Shown here piece after piece: positions 27,710-41,800 of a stretch of DNA of 64,000 nt (within the stretch, counting starts at the first letter, position 1; each line of letters opens with the position of its first letter). Source of the DNA: Utricularia gibba (Eukaryota; Plantae; Magnoliophyta); the NCBI GenBank assembly GCA_002189035.1, contig NEEC01000004.1, positions 1,984,001 through 2,048,000 on the forward strand. The letters are read 5' to 3'. The position numbers were made by a program, and so were the translations under genes. The notes under the pieces are model-generated. The model ran no database searches, was not told where the DNA came from, and saw only the letters and a program-made list of their open reading frames with translations.

Positions 27710-29064
27710 GATGAAACATTCCTGCGGATTAAATTAATGAACAAAACTATCAATTTAAAGCTTAAGATGAGACGAAGAGTCAATCAACAATTGCTCCAAA
27801 AACATATCGGAGTAGGTCTGGTGGATATGCAACCTTAATCTTCTGATCTTCCGCCACCTCCTCTCCCAAAATGTGAAACGAAAAACAAATAAGCATTTCC
27901 ATCTCCCATCCACAAACCCATTCAAATATAAGTCAATTCATTCCCTTTTTATTCCACAAAACCCTGTTACCCCTTTTGTGTTCGCTTAACGAATCGATTT
28001 CACATACTACTTCCAACGAGAAGCTAAAACCAAAATCAGAACTTGCTAACAAAAAAGAATTTTCAAGCACAAAGCAAAATCTTTAGTCCATCAGAGAAAA
28101 TGGAAAACCTGTGTTTCTCTCTTGGCGTACCGCTGTTTTGATCACCCGGCTCGTTGAAGAAAACAAGCCAACGAGGAGACTACCAACAAAATGGAGAAAC
28201 AATTTTATGATATAAAAAGAAAAAACCCCTCGGTGTAATCCTCTCCGGCGGATCTCTGTGTTCAGTCCTTCGGTACGGGTTTATGCCCGTATTTACTTCT
28301 TTTTTGAACTTCATTCCAAGTCTTCTAATATTGTAACATTAATACAAATTTGTAGTAACATTGCCTCATTTTAAGGGTATATGTGAGGTCGGATTCTTAA
28401 CATCATATATTACTGCCACTTATTCATGAGTTGAAAAGTAAAAACACTAGAGCAGAACTGGCCCCTTACTGTGATCATCCTCGTCCTACGTCTCAACATA
28501 TTTTAATGAAGAGAGGAGGCTGTCTATCAAGGGAATGTGAGGCATATTTTCAAGGTTCGCAAAAGAGGAAGACCCCAGAAAGCTTCCACGGCCAATCAAG
28601 ATGGAGATGAAGATGAAGCCAAAAGAAGTAACGACCCCAACATAGATTTGCAAGAATCCAGGTTTCAACTTTGTGCGAGGAGAAGGAAAAGGCACTGGAG
28701 TCATTTGCCTCGTCCATTGCTCGATGCAGCCTTAGCTAGGAGAGATCCACGTAATAGCTGATATGAGGAGCATAACCGAGGCCTATCAATACATATAATC
28801 ATGGTCTAAATTGTAACCTTGACACTGTTGGAGTTCTAAGAAGCTGCTGAGACTGGAACTGGAAGATATCCCCACCTTGGTGGAGTAGGCGAGCAGCAGC
28901 AGAATAATGAAGTCCTGTTTTGACATTTAAAACCTGAACAAAGGCTTCACCAATGAGCTATTTAAAACATGCTCCTGCACTTGGGAATGGGAATATTGTA
29001 CACCAGCTCTTTACAAACATCGTAAAAGAATAGAATGCTCAAAGAAGTCTTCAATAACCAGCAT

Positions 29065-30079
29065 CTACGAAAGGGTGACGGCAGGTGAGTCCTGGTATCC
29101 CGTGATACTTGTAATTCTTATTCGTGTCATCGGCTGTTGATCAAAATACAATCCTCATGAACAAAAAATTCCAATGCACGAAATAATGAAGGCTACAAAA
29201 TGTACCTGTCGATGCCCAATGTTTCTTCTGTAGTGTTTCTTCTTCTTGTACTTGAAGACAGAAACTTTCTTGTCCAAAGTCTTCAGGAACAAAGGAAATT
29301 ATGAGTGAAAAGTAGTAACTCAAAAGGCATATTTTTCATAACTTACTTGCTCTTCAACAACTGCCTGGACAGTGGCATTGGGTACAATTGGCTTTCCGAT
29401 GTAGGTGCTAGTTTTGGTTCCGACTAGCAATACCTTGTTCAGCTTTATCTGTAAACAACTGAAGTTAATCCAGACAATACAAAGAAAAGATAGCTTTTCA
29501 GGCAACGAAATGCAGTACTTGCCTTATCATCTACATTCGCCCCTTTAAGTCTCGAAGTGTATATGAATCGCCCAGGAAAAACAATATATTGTCTTGATCC
29601 AACCTAACAAGTCGTAGCATGAACATTCAGATTCTAACACACTAGCGAAACGAAACATGGCAATTAACTAAACCTCCACTCACCATGACGACAGCGAACA
29701 CTTCCTCGCGTTGGGGCTTATCGGATTGAGCTGAGGGGTCGCTCAGCGTCTCGGTAATCTCATCCGCAGGGGCGAATCCATCTCCTGCATCGACAACTTC
29801 TGCAGCATCTCCCGTGAGGAGGATTTCGTTCTCTGGGTCGGATTCGGAGCCCACATCCTCAATTTCAGGGTCATTCAACTCGGCAGCAGCCCCAGAAGAT
29901 GCATATCTTAGGGGAGAGAAAGACGGTGAGTTACGGCGCGAGAGGAGCGAGTGCGAATGACGAGGGCCGGGAATACAAAACAGAGCGTTTCCCGAAGAAA
30001 GAAACGGAGGAGTCGGAAGCTGATCGCGAGAGAGCTTAGGCGTGAGGGCAGAAGAGCAGATTGACAGAACTGCTGCCAT
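29065..30079 (-). CDS. RPL21: 50S ribosomal protein L21, chloroplastic, 5 exons
   Basis: Exons 30079-29684, 29603-29523, 29448-29347, 29280-29206 and 29133-29065. Transit-peptide-like N-terminus, then FAVVMVGSRQYIV, KVLLVGT..TYIGKP and FKYKKKKHYRRNIGHRQP.TRIRI. Confidence 0.93.
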
Positions 30080-30619
30080 GAGGGAATCGACAATGGAGCT
30101 CAACGGCGGTCACCGGTGAGTCGTTATCCGTTTCGATCTTTTAACCCTTGATTTTGGGTTGCGCCCGATTATCCATTTTATTTTTTTCCAAAACTTTTCG
30201 GCATTTAAATATGCGGAAACATAGAAAATGAATTTTTAATCATTTTTTTTAAAAAAAGTTGAATTTATTCTTCATTATAATCATATATTTGAATTGAAAT
30301 TTTTTTATAATTGATTAAATTATATTTAATACATGTTAATAATATTTTTAAAAATAAAAATTAATGTTTAAATAGAATTATCCCTTTTAACCTAATATGA
30401 ACAAGAATTTTAAACCTCTAATTTTAAAACATTATTTTGAACATTTATTTACAAAAATTTTGTATAATGGTCCTAAAAATAGATATAAATTATTATTTTT
30501 AATTAAAGCGTAGGCCTTTTCTCTCATTTTTTATTTTTTACTATTTCATATAGTCATTTTATATTCTTCAAAATCATTATTTTTTTATAAAAGCCTAATT
30601 TTGTATTTTGCCAATCATT

Positions 30620-30707
30620 TGGGCCCTTTTGTCTGTTTTGCACTCAGCAAGTATTTCGTTATTGGGTTTGCATTTATGCTGGAGCCCGGAATGTTATTGG
30701 AGGCCCA
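30620..30707. promoter_or_regulatory. Site-II motifs upstream of RPL21
   Basis: TGGGCC at 30620-30625 and GGCCCA at 30702-30707. Such motifs are common in plant ribosomal-protein promoters, but these are short and about 550 bp from the ATG. Confidence 0.3.
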
Positions 30708-32006
30708 CACCTTTGGGTCATACCCAATGGTTGTACAACTTTTCAATTAATAAGAAAATATTAATCATCGTTTTACCACTCTTCCTCGAACTAGTAGAAC
30801 GCGTTTACTAAGATAATTTAATTACTAATTTATTTTTATTTAGATATTCACATATCATATGGTTATACATAAACTTTAAATATGTATGTATATTTAAAAT
30901 AATATCATGTTTAATAGGTGTATTAATAGATAATTTACAATAATTAATCATAAAAATTGTTAAATAAACTTTTAATTTTATTAATATTTAATTCAAAAAT
31001 TTGTTAAATAAACAAATGAAGCGTCTTTGTTTAGAATCTATTCATTACTTTATATTCTTTTATTTAGTATCTTGTTTGAAGGTGAGTTTTACAAATATTA
31101 TTATGAATACACGTATGCTTAAACATGCCTATCAAGTATAGGATGTTTGGTACTCTTTTAATATAATTCAATTTTAATCAATGGCGTTTGGTAACCAAAT
31201 TTGTACAATAAAATCCTCATTTCTTACAAGTCAAAAATTGGATTTCTACTTAAAAAACAAGATTTGACTTTAAGTAAACATTATTTTAACAGTCTGATCT
31301 TTAACTATACTAACTACGAAATATACCAATATCGGCGAACCCATTTGCTTCATTCACCGTTTACAGTGCAATTTGAAGCAAGATGAATCCTTTGGTAGTA
31401 CTGAAATTGCGTGGGTTTCCATTCCGGGAAGAGAGGTGACACATGAGTATAACTAGGCCGACATACTTCACTCTATGGACCACAACGCTACCTTAACAGT
31501 ATACGAGTTGAGTCACATGGCTTTCCCACTTGCGTGTTGGAGCATTAAAGGAGCTACCCACCCACCAAGAGCGAGCGGCTTCGGGTCCTAAACCCTTCCA
31601 GGGTCAGGTCAGGTCAGGTCTACCGTGAAGTGTGACGCAGGGGCTGAGGCAGAAGGCAACTGGTGTAGTGACGCTCCGGCTGATTGAAAATGCCTCTGGG
31701 GTGAAGATGTTGGCTTCCCATTGGACAGAAGTGCATCCATTTGCGTGTTTTTTAAAGTGTGTTTGCTCCGAGGGGCAATAGATTTAGACCACTGAAATCA
31801 AACTCAAACTCTCCCTCTCCCTCTCAGGGAAATAAATAAACTACTCAAGTGGTGAATGGAGGGATAAGCATAAGCATGCTCAGTGACTACTACTTTAATA
31901 ATGGAGGAGCGTCATGCGGGAACTCTTCGCAGCAGGAGAACCAGGGTCGTTCCCCCACCTTGTCTACTTATTTGCAGAAGTAGTCATTCGTATGTTCTCT
32001 TTTACA

Positions 32007-32692
32007 TAGAGATGTAATCGATTCGAACTGGTTCCGGTTGCAATTTAATTTCAGAATATGAGCATCCATATGTTTTTAGTTTCAAAACCATAACCGTATA
32101 GTTTTGGTTCAATTCAATATATTTGGAATTGTGGAACCGTCAATTTTGACTCGTGTATAACCGATTAAATTGATTTTCGAAATCATGAACCATTGATTTA
32201 TATTAAAATATTAACAAATTCAAAATATTAATTAAAATATGTATACAATTTAATGAATTTGACATATATTTATAATTCTATAGGTACATCCTAAATCGCT
32301 AATCATCGACAACACATCATTTTTTATAATATATTTTACAAGCATTCATATGATTCTTAAGGATGTTTAAAATCACTTATAAATATCCACGACCATTGTT
32401 AAAGTTGTCTAGAAACAGTTTTGTTAAATAAAATTGATTCCCAGACACTCATAATAGTTAGTGTGGGTGTCTCGAAATTGCATCAATAATAACTATTTGG
32501 TTTTAGTTTCGATTCAGTTCAACGGTTTCGGTTCCAATTTTGGTTTCGGTTCAGTTCAAAGTTTTGGAATCCAATTCCAAAGTGAAACTAAAATCATAAT
32601 CTACGACAAACTGCAATTTAAGAACTAACATTTCAAAATAACCATTCAGTTGCAAACCGAAACTGGATGGTTCAGAACCGATTTCATCTCTA
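32007..32692. mobile_element. hAT-family MITE, 686 bp
   Basis: TIR TAGAGATGTAATCG versus reverse complement TAGAGATGAAATCG (13/14); 8-bp TSD CTTTTACA/TTTTTACA (7/8); many subterminal GGTTC/AACCG motifs. Confidence 0.8.
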
Positions 32693-35569
32693 TTTTTACA
32701 TACTAAATTAATAATATTACATTATACGTGGCCAATTTTCTTACACAATCTTTGACACATGATCAAATTTTTAATTCATCCCCCCCTATCTCTCTATTTT
32801 ATACATATAATGCTTAAAATTAATAATGCAAGGTCTCGTCTAATTGATAGATTAAGATTATTTGAATTTAGATAAATATGAGTGTGTAGGTTTATATGAA
32901 TTTAATTTATTCGAGTAATATAACATTTTTCATTTGATATGTGTATTTAATATTATTGAGTTTATAATAAATTATAATATTATCCTCATTTTTTTACCGA
33001 CGGCACCAGCAGTGATACGTAATCGAAATCTACGAATGGCCAGGCAAGAAAAAATTAAAATAATTAATAAATAATGATATATATTTGATGGGTATATTAT
33101 ATTTAGACCACCATATCAAATTTTCAATTTTTTATAAACAAATCAACACTAAATCCCCGCACATCAAACATCCTTTAAATCCTTCTAGTACAATGAGCAC
33201 TGATGCACATTATTTGACTTTGGTTGATTATAATTTTTTGTAATGAGAAAATTACGTTAAAAAACACCAAATTTTAATATTTTGAAAAAAATAATCATTA
33301 ACTTTTAATATGAATTGTGTAATCCATCTCTATTGACAAAATCAATCTTCGAAAATTCGTTTATCTGACATAATTAATCCCCAAACTTTGACGTCGCGTA
33401 TAATTAATTTTCAAAACTTTATACTTTACACATTCAACCATTTGAATATGAAATATAATTAGTTTACTATTATTCAAAAACTAGGTACGAGTAGTTGATA
33501 ACTAATTTTATCAAAGTTTTAAATAAATAGGAACTAATAATTCCAATTGTTTTAAATAATAAAGATTATTTATATTAAATTGGTAGATACTAAAATGATG
33601 GTGATTAATTTTTTTAACCAATTTTATCACTGTATTAAAACAGTGATAATAATATTACTGGGTATTGTAATTTTCATGAATATTGAAGATCAATAGCGTC
33701 AAAGACTCTTTTTATAATGTAGGGGTGTGACCATGGCTCATTTAAAAAATTGACCACTATTAATTTTTTTATCACGCGCTGAAATAAAATTTTCACACAT
33801 AAGATGTCCACTTTTTTAATCAAGCGCGTGACAGTAAGTATTCAATAACAATTTATGGAGTTGCATGGTTTTCCCCCGACATTGAATGCCCGGGCACCGA
33901 AGCCAAAGCCAGCCGTTGATTTTTGTGCATCTTTGAATGATTGGAAGGCAGAATCTTATGCCTTGGGAATAACGCATCTCATAAATGAGACGATTTTTCA
34001 AACTTGTGATCGAGAATAGGATTTGACATTTGAATGCGCTTCAATTTAAGAATTTCAATTAACATATGTTTGATTTGTGCACCTAATAAATCTTCCTCTG
34101 TCCGTCCATTCCTCTCTCACTATTTTTTTCAAATCACCACAAAAATTTGTGTTTGTGTTTATGATGCGAGAAAAGGTGATGCCCCTAAAACGTTTCAACA
34201 CAAACACGTGTCACATCACTCGGGTTACGTGGCTTTTTGAAAACTAGACATGTGACACTAAAATTAAAATTTTAGACATAATTTATTTTTCATAAATAGT
34301 AATAGTAAAATGGTTAATTTTCAAAATAGTCCCGGATTCCGTCATCACTAGTAGGTTTTTTAATATAATTGAAAATTACAGTGTAGTAATAATTAATATA
34401 TATTTTAAAACAATTTTCAATTATTAAAAATCAGTTGTTGCAGAAAAACTGCTTTTCCATGTTGAATTAATTTTTTAAAATTGCTTTTTCGTAAAAGATA
34501 AACTTGATATAAATGATGGAATTTATTCTGCAAATAAGAATTGGTTTTACAAATATTCCTATAATGTAAAGTGAAAGGGGGTCCCCGCCCCTCTTATTCT
34601 CAAATGAACAATCAACTTCAACGGTGGTGTCGTCACTGAGTGTACTCCGGGCAGGGAGGTAGCATGCATGGTTTTTATATTATTATTATTATTTAGGCTT
34701 AATTTATTGAAATTTTCTCAAAAATTTGACGCAAAGAAGAATGTAATAACAGAGTCCCGTAGCTTACTTAGTTCTGATTCTGAAGCCGGAGCGAATCAAC
34801 CTGCTCTTTTTTCTCCCTCCCTCTGCATCGCAGCCGCACGTGTCGCGCTCTCTGGGTTCCCTTCAGAGACATTTGTTTATATTATTAGAAGATTTTGGGA
34901 TGGGTGATTTATTTATATCGAAATCTGATCCGATTTCATCTCTGTTTCTGTTTCCCAATTCGATTGCATGCCTAAATCCATAAGATTGTGCGCGAATATG
35001 TAGGGTCTTTTTGATCCTGCTCCCCTTCTGGGTCTTCTACTTCGTTCGCCGGGTCTCGGTATTTGTATGACACGACACCGATTCCGGGTCATTCATGGGT
35101 CCACACAGTCATGGATCTTGTTTCGAGTATCACGATGTGTCTGTGGTTTGTTCTTCGTCCACGCTGTTATATTCGATCCCTATTTATAAAGGCAACCGCG
35201 TAGGTATGTCTTGATTCTGCATGCCCACGATGGTATTTGGTTCGTAAATGCTTGGATTTGGGACACATATGGGCCTCTGATTTTCTTCAGGATTGAATGC
35301 AACATTGAATCCCAAAGCCGCCGGTACAACAATGGGCGTTTGAAATTTATTTTGTGTTTCATCATCATTGACTGTGTGAAAATAAAAAGCTTTTACTTTG
35401 GGATTCCCTTAACGAACCTTCCGTTGATTCTTCCCCTACTACGCCATTCATTGCTGCCACGCAACTGTATGCCATTCGGCTTTTGAAAAACGCTTTCACA
35501 CACGACTTCCTTTATTTTCTCAGTCGGCGATATTGTATTCTTCTGCAGTTAGAATACGCGCAAGTCGAA

Positions 35570-37064
35570 ATGAATATCGAGCATCGGAACGCCGACGATG
35601 CTCTGGAGTGCAGGGGTGGTGATGGGGTTGGCGATAACGCCATATACAATAGCAACAAGATTAGAGCAAGCAACGAGATTGTCCCCATCGATGCAATCGT
35701 TATACCAATACAATCAGACATTAAAGTGAGTTCCGTTTTGTCTGGTTTCTTACATTTCTTGATGGTTTACACTGACCCTGTATTTTTTTCCCCAGGTTGC
35801 CAAACAGGAGGCTCAAGCTTTGGCACACCCTACGTATCTTCTTTCTCTTGCAGTTTTTGGGATTGCAGGGGTATTATGCTCCATAACGACGTCGTTTTCC
35901 TGTTGAATTCTGTGGGTATATGTAATGTTCATGAGCGCTGATGGCAATATATGTTTTCAGGTTATGACACGATATGGCTTCAGAGTACTGTCCACACACA
36001 AAGTAGTGTATGGGCACAGGGAAGTTAGCTTTGCAAGTGACAAGAGTTTTCTCTACCCCGACCTTATATCCAACATGGTTGGATCCTTCCTCATGGGGTG
36101 GTTGGGAGTGGTTTTCAAGAAGGATATTTCGAATATCTCCGACCATCTCGCCGTCGGACTCTCGACGGGGTTTCTGGGCTGCCTCACGACTTTCAGTGGC
36201 TGGAATCAAAGCATATTGGACCTCAGTGTGGACGGCCGATGGGTCCATTCTTTCCTTTGTGTCATCATAGGTTACGACAGTATAATCATCCCCTTTTGTT
36301 ACCTTTGCAATGTTCATGATGGATGATGACAAATAAATACTTTCTCTGCAGGGCTTGTTCTCGCCGGTTTATCAATCGTACTCGGAGTGTGGACAGCAAA
36401 GATTTGCAGAAAATATATCGCAGCATACTTCAAGGCTCCTGATACCATTTGCCTCTTCACAGTAAACAAGCCCAAGTGCCTGGTGACACTTTTCACGGTG
36501 TTTCTTATTTCACTAGCAGTACTCTGGAGCGTGTTTGTAGCTCTGGAGATCACCAGCTTCAGAAAAGATGGCAACAAGGCTGAGGTACTCCTCGGAGGCC
36601 TTGTCGGCCCCTTCGGGTGTGGCTCAGATGGTACCTGTCTCGTCTGAACGGACGAGGATTCGGGAAAAACAGCAGCCTGAAATGGATGCCCTTCGGGACA
36701 CTCGCTGCTAACGTTCTTGCATCTTGCATCATGGCTGCAATGGCGATTATCAGCCAGACGGTAAGTAAAATCCAGTCACGTGTACCTTTTCCTTTTTCTT
36801 ACATGATCGATCACACACGATACGATTGGGTGTGGATGTTTTTCAGGTCAACGGAAGAGAAGTCGGCATTCTGACAGGTGGCATACAGCTGGGGCTACTG
36901 GGCTCGCTTAGCACGGTCTCAACATTCATGTCCGAGATGTATGAGATGGGAAGAACTTGTAACCCGTTAAGGCTGGTGGCGTATGCTGTAATTACGATAG
37001 TGTCCTCCTCCTCTTGGGCACCCTCATATACTCTGTGCCTTGTTGGGTCAGGAATTATAGTTAG
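35570..37064 (+). CDS. FEX: Fluoride export protein (two fused CrcB/Fluc domains), 5 coding exons, two apparent -1 frameshifts
   Basis: Exons 35570-35725, 35796-35870, 35961-36270, 36352-36760 and 36847-37064. Fluc signatures GLSTGFLGCLTTFSGWNQ and GLLGSLSTVSTFMSE; also NMVGSFLMGW, WLRWYLSRLNG and PFGTLAANV. Frames break at 36615-36617 and 37003-37014. The start codon is inferred. Confidence 0.88.
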
Positions 37065-38238
37065 TGACCAAATGTCTGTTTCGGGCTGGGCACGTGGATG
37101 CTAATTGTATGATATTATTGACCTATTGCGTAATTCAACGAACTTAATTGGCCCACTTATTTTCTAACGTTCAGATTGTGCGAATCCAATCCACCACTGC
37201 ATCCCTAGTTTGGGTGATTCGAACCATAGTTTAAATCGTGATTGAATTATATGTTTTTTTTTAATTAAAGAACCAATTATATCATGGATAATGTTACATC
37301 TCTATAAATATTGAATATGAATAATAATAATAATTTAACTGAGATATTTTCCTCGAAATTTTTCAAATTCGATAAGTTAACCACTCTAGGGAGCTGTTAT
37401 ATTTTTTAATATGTGTGTTTAAATTATATAAAATAAAATTAGTTTTAAAATTATATAAAGATAATCAATTTCTAGAGTATAAATCTAATTTTTCGAATAA
37501 CGTAAAATTATATTATAGAGTTTAATAGATTATATTATAAAGTGTAATAGATTAATTTTTTTATAAAATTTAATAAAGTGATATAAAAATATTTTGGGTA
37601 TTTAAATAATAAATTATTTATCTCATCATTTGAATCTTTAATTTTAATATAGAATGAATAAATATTAAAATCTTCAAAATCACAAAATCAATTCAATAAA
37701 TTTTTAAAATAGAGCAGGTTGTGAATATTAGAAATTCATTAATCCCTACATATACTATGTTAGATATTTAAGCGTTTCATATTGATGAATATTCAAAAAT
37801 TAAACATGGGAAAATCATAGTTTAACCATAAGTGGGTAATGATTTATTTATTTATTTTTTACTTTAGAGTGATTCAAATCAATTTAACCCTTATTATAAA
37901 CGGTTCGTGGCTCAAAACAATTCAATCGTTGTTCATTTACTGTTTTTTTAAATATAACATAGTTTAGAAAAAAAAAACATTTTTTTTCTTTTTTGTTGTG
38001 TGTTACTTTTATTAGAAAATGAAGATAGAAATACTGAAGAATGAAAACAGATTGGTGAATCGCCCATCAAATATTCAAATTTTTCACAAAATTTCTTTAT
38101 GGCTCTTGAGGTATTGATCATATGATCGTCTAGGCTACAGAACACTGCAGACACATAAGGAAGATACTCTTTTTGTAGCAAACAAAAATATGAAGTTTTG
38201 GATTATTTAAACAAAAAGCAAGATACAGACAACATATT

Positions 38239-38805
38239 TTAACAGAAGCTCCAAAGCCTGATATCACCTTCCTCAAAGGAATCCTCCATTGTATGAGAAT
38301 CCAAGAAGGAGCCATTAAGCATCATATCATAATAATTGGGAGACTCCATGTTGAACCAAGAAAGCACCTCTAGATCAACCCCACCTTCCTCCTCGGATCG
38401 CAGTCGAATCGGCGTCGGGTGCGTCGGCGAACCCGTCTCGTTCGATGAGGACGAAGAAGAAGGCTCCGGGACCAAACCCTTGTACCTGGTATCGGCAGCG
38501 GCGGCCGCGGCCACCCTCTGGATCGTCTTCGGAGACATGGCCGGTTTTTGTGGCTGTGAGCTGAGAAACTGGTCCCTTGAAGTTGGAAAATTGAGGCTTG
38601 TGGAGGAGTAGCCCTTGAGACACAAATGGGCTGCATCGTAGGCTCTGGCTGCAGCCTCCGGTGTCGAATATGACCCCAGCCATATCCTCGTCTTCTGATT
38701 TGGAGCCCTGATCTCGGAAACCCATGAGCCCCAGCTTCTCATTCTTACTCCCTTGTATTTCTTCTTCGTTTGTGCTTCCGGGGCTTTGCCTTCTCCCTTC
38801 ACCAT
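38239..38805 (-). CDS. AP2/ERF transcription factor, DREB A-5 type (ERF012/DREB26-like), intronless, 188 aa
   Basis: [46 protein letters not shown]2 domain, [13 protein letters not shown] motif, C-terminal IRLWSFC; ATG at 38805. Confidence 0.92.
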   Translation of the reverse strand: MVKGEGKAPEAQTKKKYKGVRMRSWGSWVSEIRAPNQKTRIWLGSYSTPEAAARAYDAAHLCLKGYSSTSLNFPTSRDQFLSSQPQKPAMSPKTIQRVAAAAAADTRYKGLVPEPSSSSSSNETGSPTHPTPIRLRSEEEGGVDLEVLSWFNMESPNYYDMMLNGSFLDSHTMEDSFEEGDIRLWSFC

Positions 38806-41800
38806 TGGTGGCAAGTGACTTCTCTCTTCTGGTTGATGAAGAGGCAGGATGGAAGATGGAATTTGAGTTCATTACAACGGGGTTGGCCCAATAAAAGGAG
38901 AAATCTCCATCATCTCTCCGATCTATCTATCTAACCACAGTGCAAGAAAACTAAATGCCTTTGTATTGCACATGACACTGACACGTTTTATCTGCAAGCA
39001 TGTGCCGCGAAGTTGCAGTTGAATTCCAAGCAACAAAAACACTGATTACTTGTAACACGATATTGGAGTACAGCCAAGAATTGTCTGGTTCACTGACAGC
39101 GCTCGGTCAAGACGAGCGCAGGAACGCTTCTAGCAGCCCACACCCAACAAATGTAATAATGGGCAATACATGCTTCTTTCCGAAAAAAAAAAAACAATTA
39201 AGAGTAATTTTTTTTTTTTTGCAAAAAGGGAAATGTCCTATAGAACATTTACTGAAATAATAAAATTTCATGAAAGTTAATCTGAAGAGGGCAATTATAT
39301 TTATAAGAAGGAATATTATTATGATGATGTGCAGAAGGAAAACAGCTGGCGCTTCTCTGTCCACAAAACGCGTTTGGAAATAAAACGCTCGGACAATTCA
39401 AAAGTAAATTCAGGAACGAAACCTGATAATAAACAAATAAATAAATAATAGAGCAAAATTCGAAATGTTGACTTGGTCAACGAGGAGTCATCTCCTAGGT
39501 CTGAATTAAATTGGTGCTGCACCCAAATGACATGTCCAGATAGCTTACATGGTTGATGATAGGGTAATTTTATGTCTCTATTAAATTGAATCAATCGCTT
39601 TTGCAGTGATAATGTTCACGAGAGGCCATGGGATGTGGAATTAGTTGCTTCCATCATGGTTTATGTCACCATCCTATCGTATCATGATTTATAATCAAAC
39701 GCAACTTGTTAATACCCACATTAGCTCCTAATCATATTACATATATATTGTTTTTCACTTCTTTTTTTCCTATTTAATGTAAAAAAAAAACACAAAATTA
39801 TCTGTTAAACAATCGCAATTCCAATTCCAATTTCCCTTTCATATTGAACTGCCCTTTTTGTTTACTTACTCCAAAAGTCATTAATTTATACAGCACAAAA
39901 AAATAGAACAATAAAAGCCTGTTCCATTTTCAAAGATGTTATGTTTTTCTATTTTGATTTACAGATCAAAATTTAGAATTTCAAAAATAAGAAAAAACAA
40001 GTGTAGATGAAAGCGATTATAAAAGAAAGATGATATGTATTGATTGATATTGGGGCATGGTGCATTTTCATTGAATTTGGAGTTGGAGTGCAAAGAGAAT
40101 AATTTTTTTGGCATGTAGGTGTGGCGTTGCGATCAGCCAAGATGGACAAGGGCGACTGCGAATGAATGAGCTGGCACTCGGGCACCGTACCTTTCCACTG
40201 CATCCGTACCAATTATTGCCACCTCGTGCCCATCCAAATCCGTGCAAACCTGCCTGCCACCAAATGGCTTCTTAACTCATTTTTTTAATTTGGTCATGTG
40301 CTTGAGTTGAGTCAGGTTTAATAATTTGTAATCATATTTTCAATTATTATTGAAGGAAATTGAATGCAATTATGCATTTGATTTGAATCAATTCATTGAA
40401 CCATAATTTTAAAATGCTACCCGGATGTCAAAAGAAGGCCATATGCCTTTTTTGTAATAAATTATTCGAAAATGTAATGACTGAAATGGGCAACTCAGAA
40501 GAATAGGGGATGGAGGGGACCAATTGGGCGGCAAAATGGTATGGGCTGCCTCTTCTAGGCGCATCAACAGCCTTTTAATCCAATTCAGCCATGGTGGCAT
40601 GTATGGTGGGAGAATTAAGGTCTTCTTTGGTAGAAAGTGTTATTGTATTTTAAATAATATATAGTAATTATGTATTTGTTAAGAAATTATGTTTAAGAAT
40701 ATTATGCAATATTTTGAAAAATGTTATTTTAAAATCCATGATATTTTAATCACGTTTTTTAGGGTTTATAGATCATCACAAAATAAATACAAGTCTAGAA
40801 ACATGTCTCAAGAGGAGTAATATGATAGCATAGTTGATATTGGATGTAGTACTTTGACTCCATGATATCCATTTGATGAAGATGAGAATTGTGGTTGGGA
40901 AATACTGGGGGTTTTTATTATAGGTAAAATATCTTTTACTTAATTTATTTTGTCTTGCTATGTCTTGCAAGAGTATGATGAGATTATTAAATTTATATGC
41001 TTCCTTGTTGGTTGACAGGGTTTCGTCGTAGACAGTAGAATCCTCCATGATGCACTCACAAATGAAGATGTTTTTCATGTATGTAAAGGTATGTGACATG
41101 GGTATTGTCTATTTTTACTTTATTTATGGCTTTAAAAATAGTCGAAATGAAATTGCTCTTGCAAGTGCATAATATTTATGTGACCATGAATATAGTAACA
41201 AATAATGATTTTAGCACAATATAGGAGAGTTTGTTATCATTTGAAAGAGTAGGAGTGAATTTAAACACTTCATAATGCAAATGATTATTTTAAAATGTGT
41301 CATGCTTCAACTAACTATATGATCGAAAGAGAGTGAGGTTTATTGAAAGTGAGACACAATGTTTACCAAATGTAATGTTGATGTAATGTATAAAATAATA
41401 TAATATCAATTTACAAATGAATCATATGACTCTATAAAAGATATCAACAAAGACTTCACAAATAACTACTCAATCTCATGTTTGAATGTGTTGAACATAA
41501 CTTCCTAAATGCATCTCTATTTATGGCATTTTTTTTATTTGGAACAGATTCAATGAAACAAGAGAGGAGATGAGAATGATAAACATTTAGGCCTCGTTTG
41601 TTAGGTGGGTTTAAATTAAAAGGATTTATATTATTTTATTTTATTATATCCCATAAATAATTGTTTAGAATGAAGTATGTGTTTGGTAGATAGGGTTCAA
41701 TAATATGGGATTATCAATTTTGTATGTTTGTTAGAAGTACTTATACATAGATTTTCAATACTAGAAAATATGAATTCTCTAATATACTCTTTATGTATAA

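Noticed and set aside
28537-28761. Plus-strand 74-aa ORF with an AT-hook-like KRGRP
   Set aside because: Starts at a GTG, has no other domain evidence, and probably overlaps the RPL21 3' region. It needs a database search and expression data.
40133-40155. CAGCCAAGATGG resembling the start of miR169
   Set aside because: Diverges after 8 nt from CAGCCAAGGATGACTTGCC, and no complementary star arm is visible.
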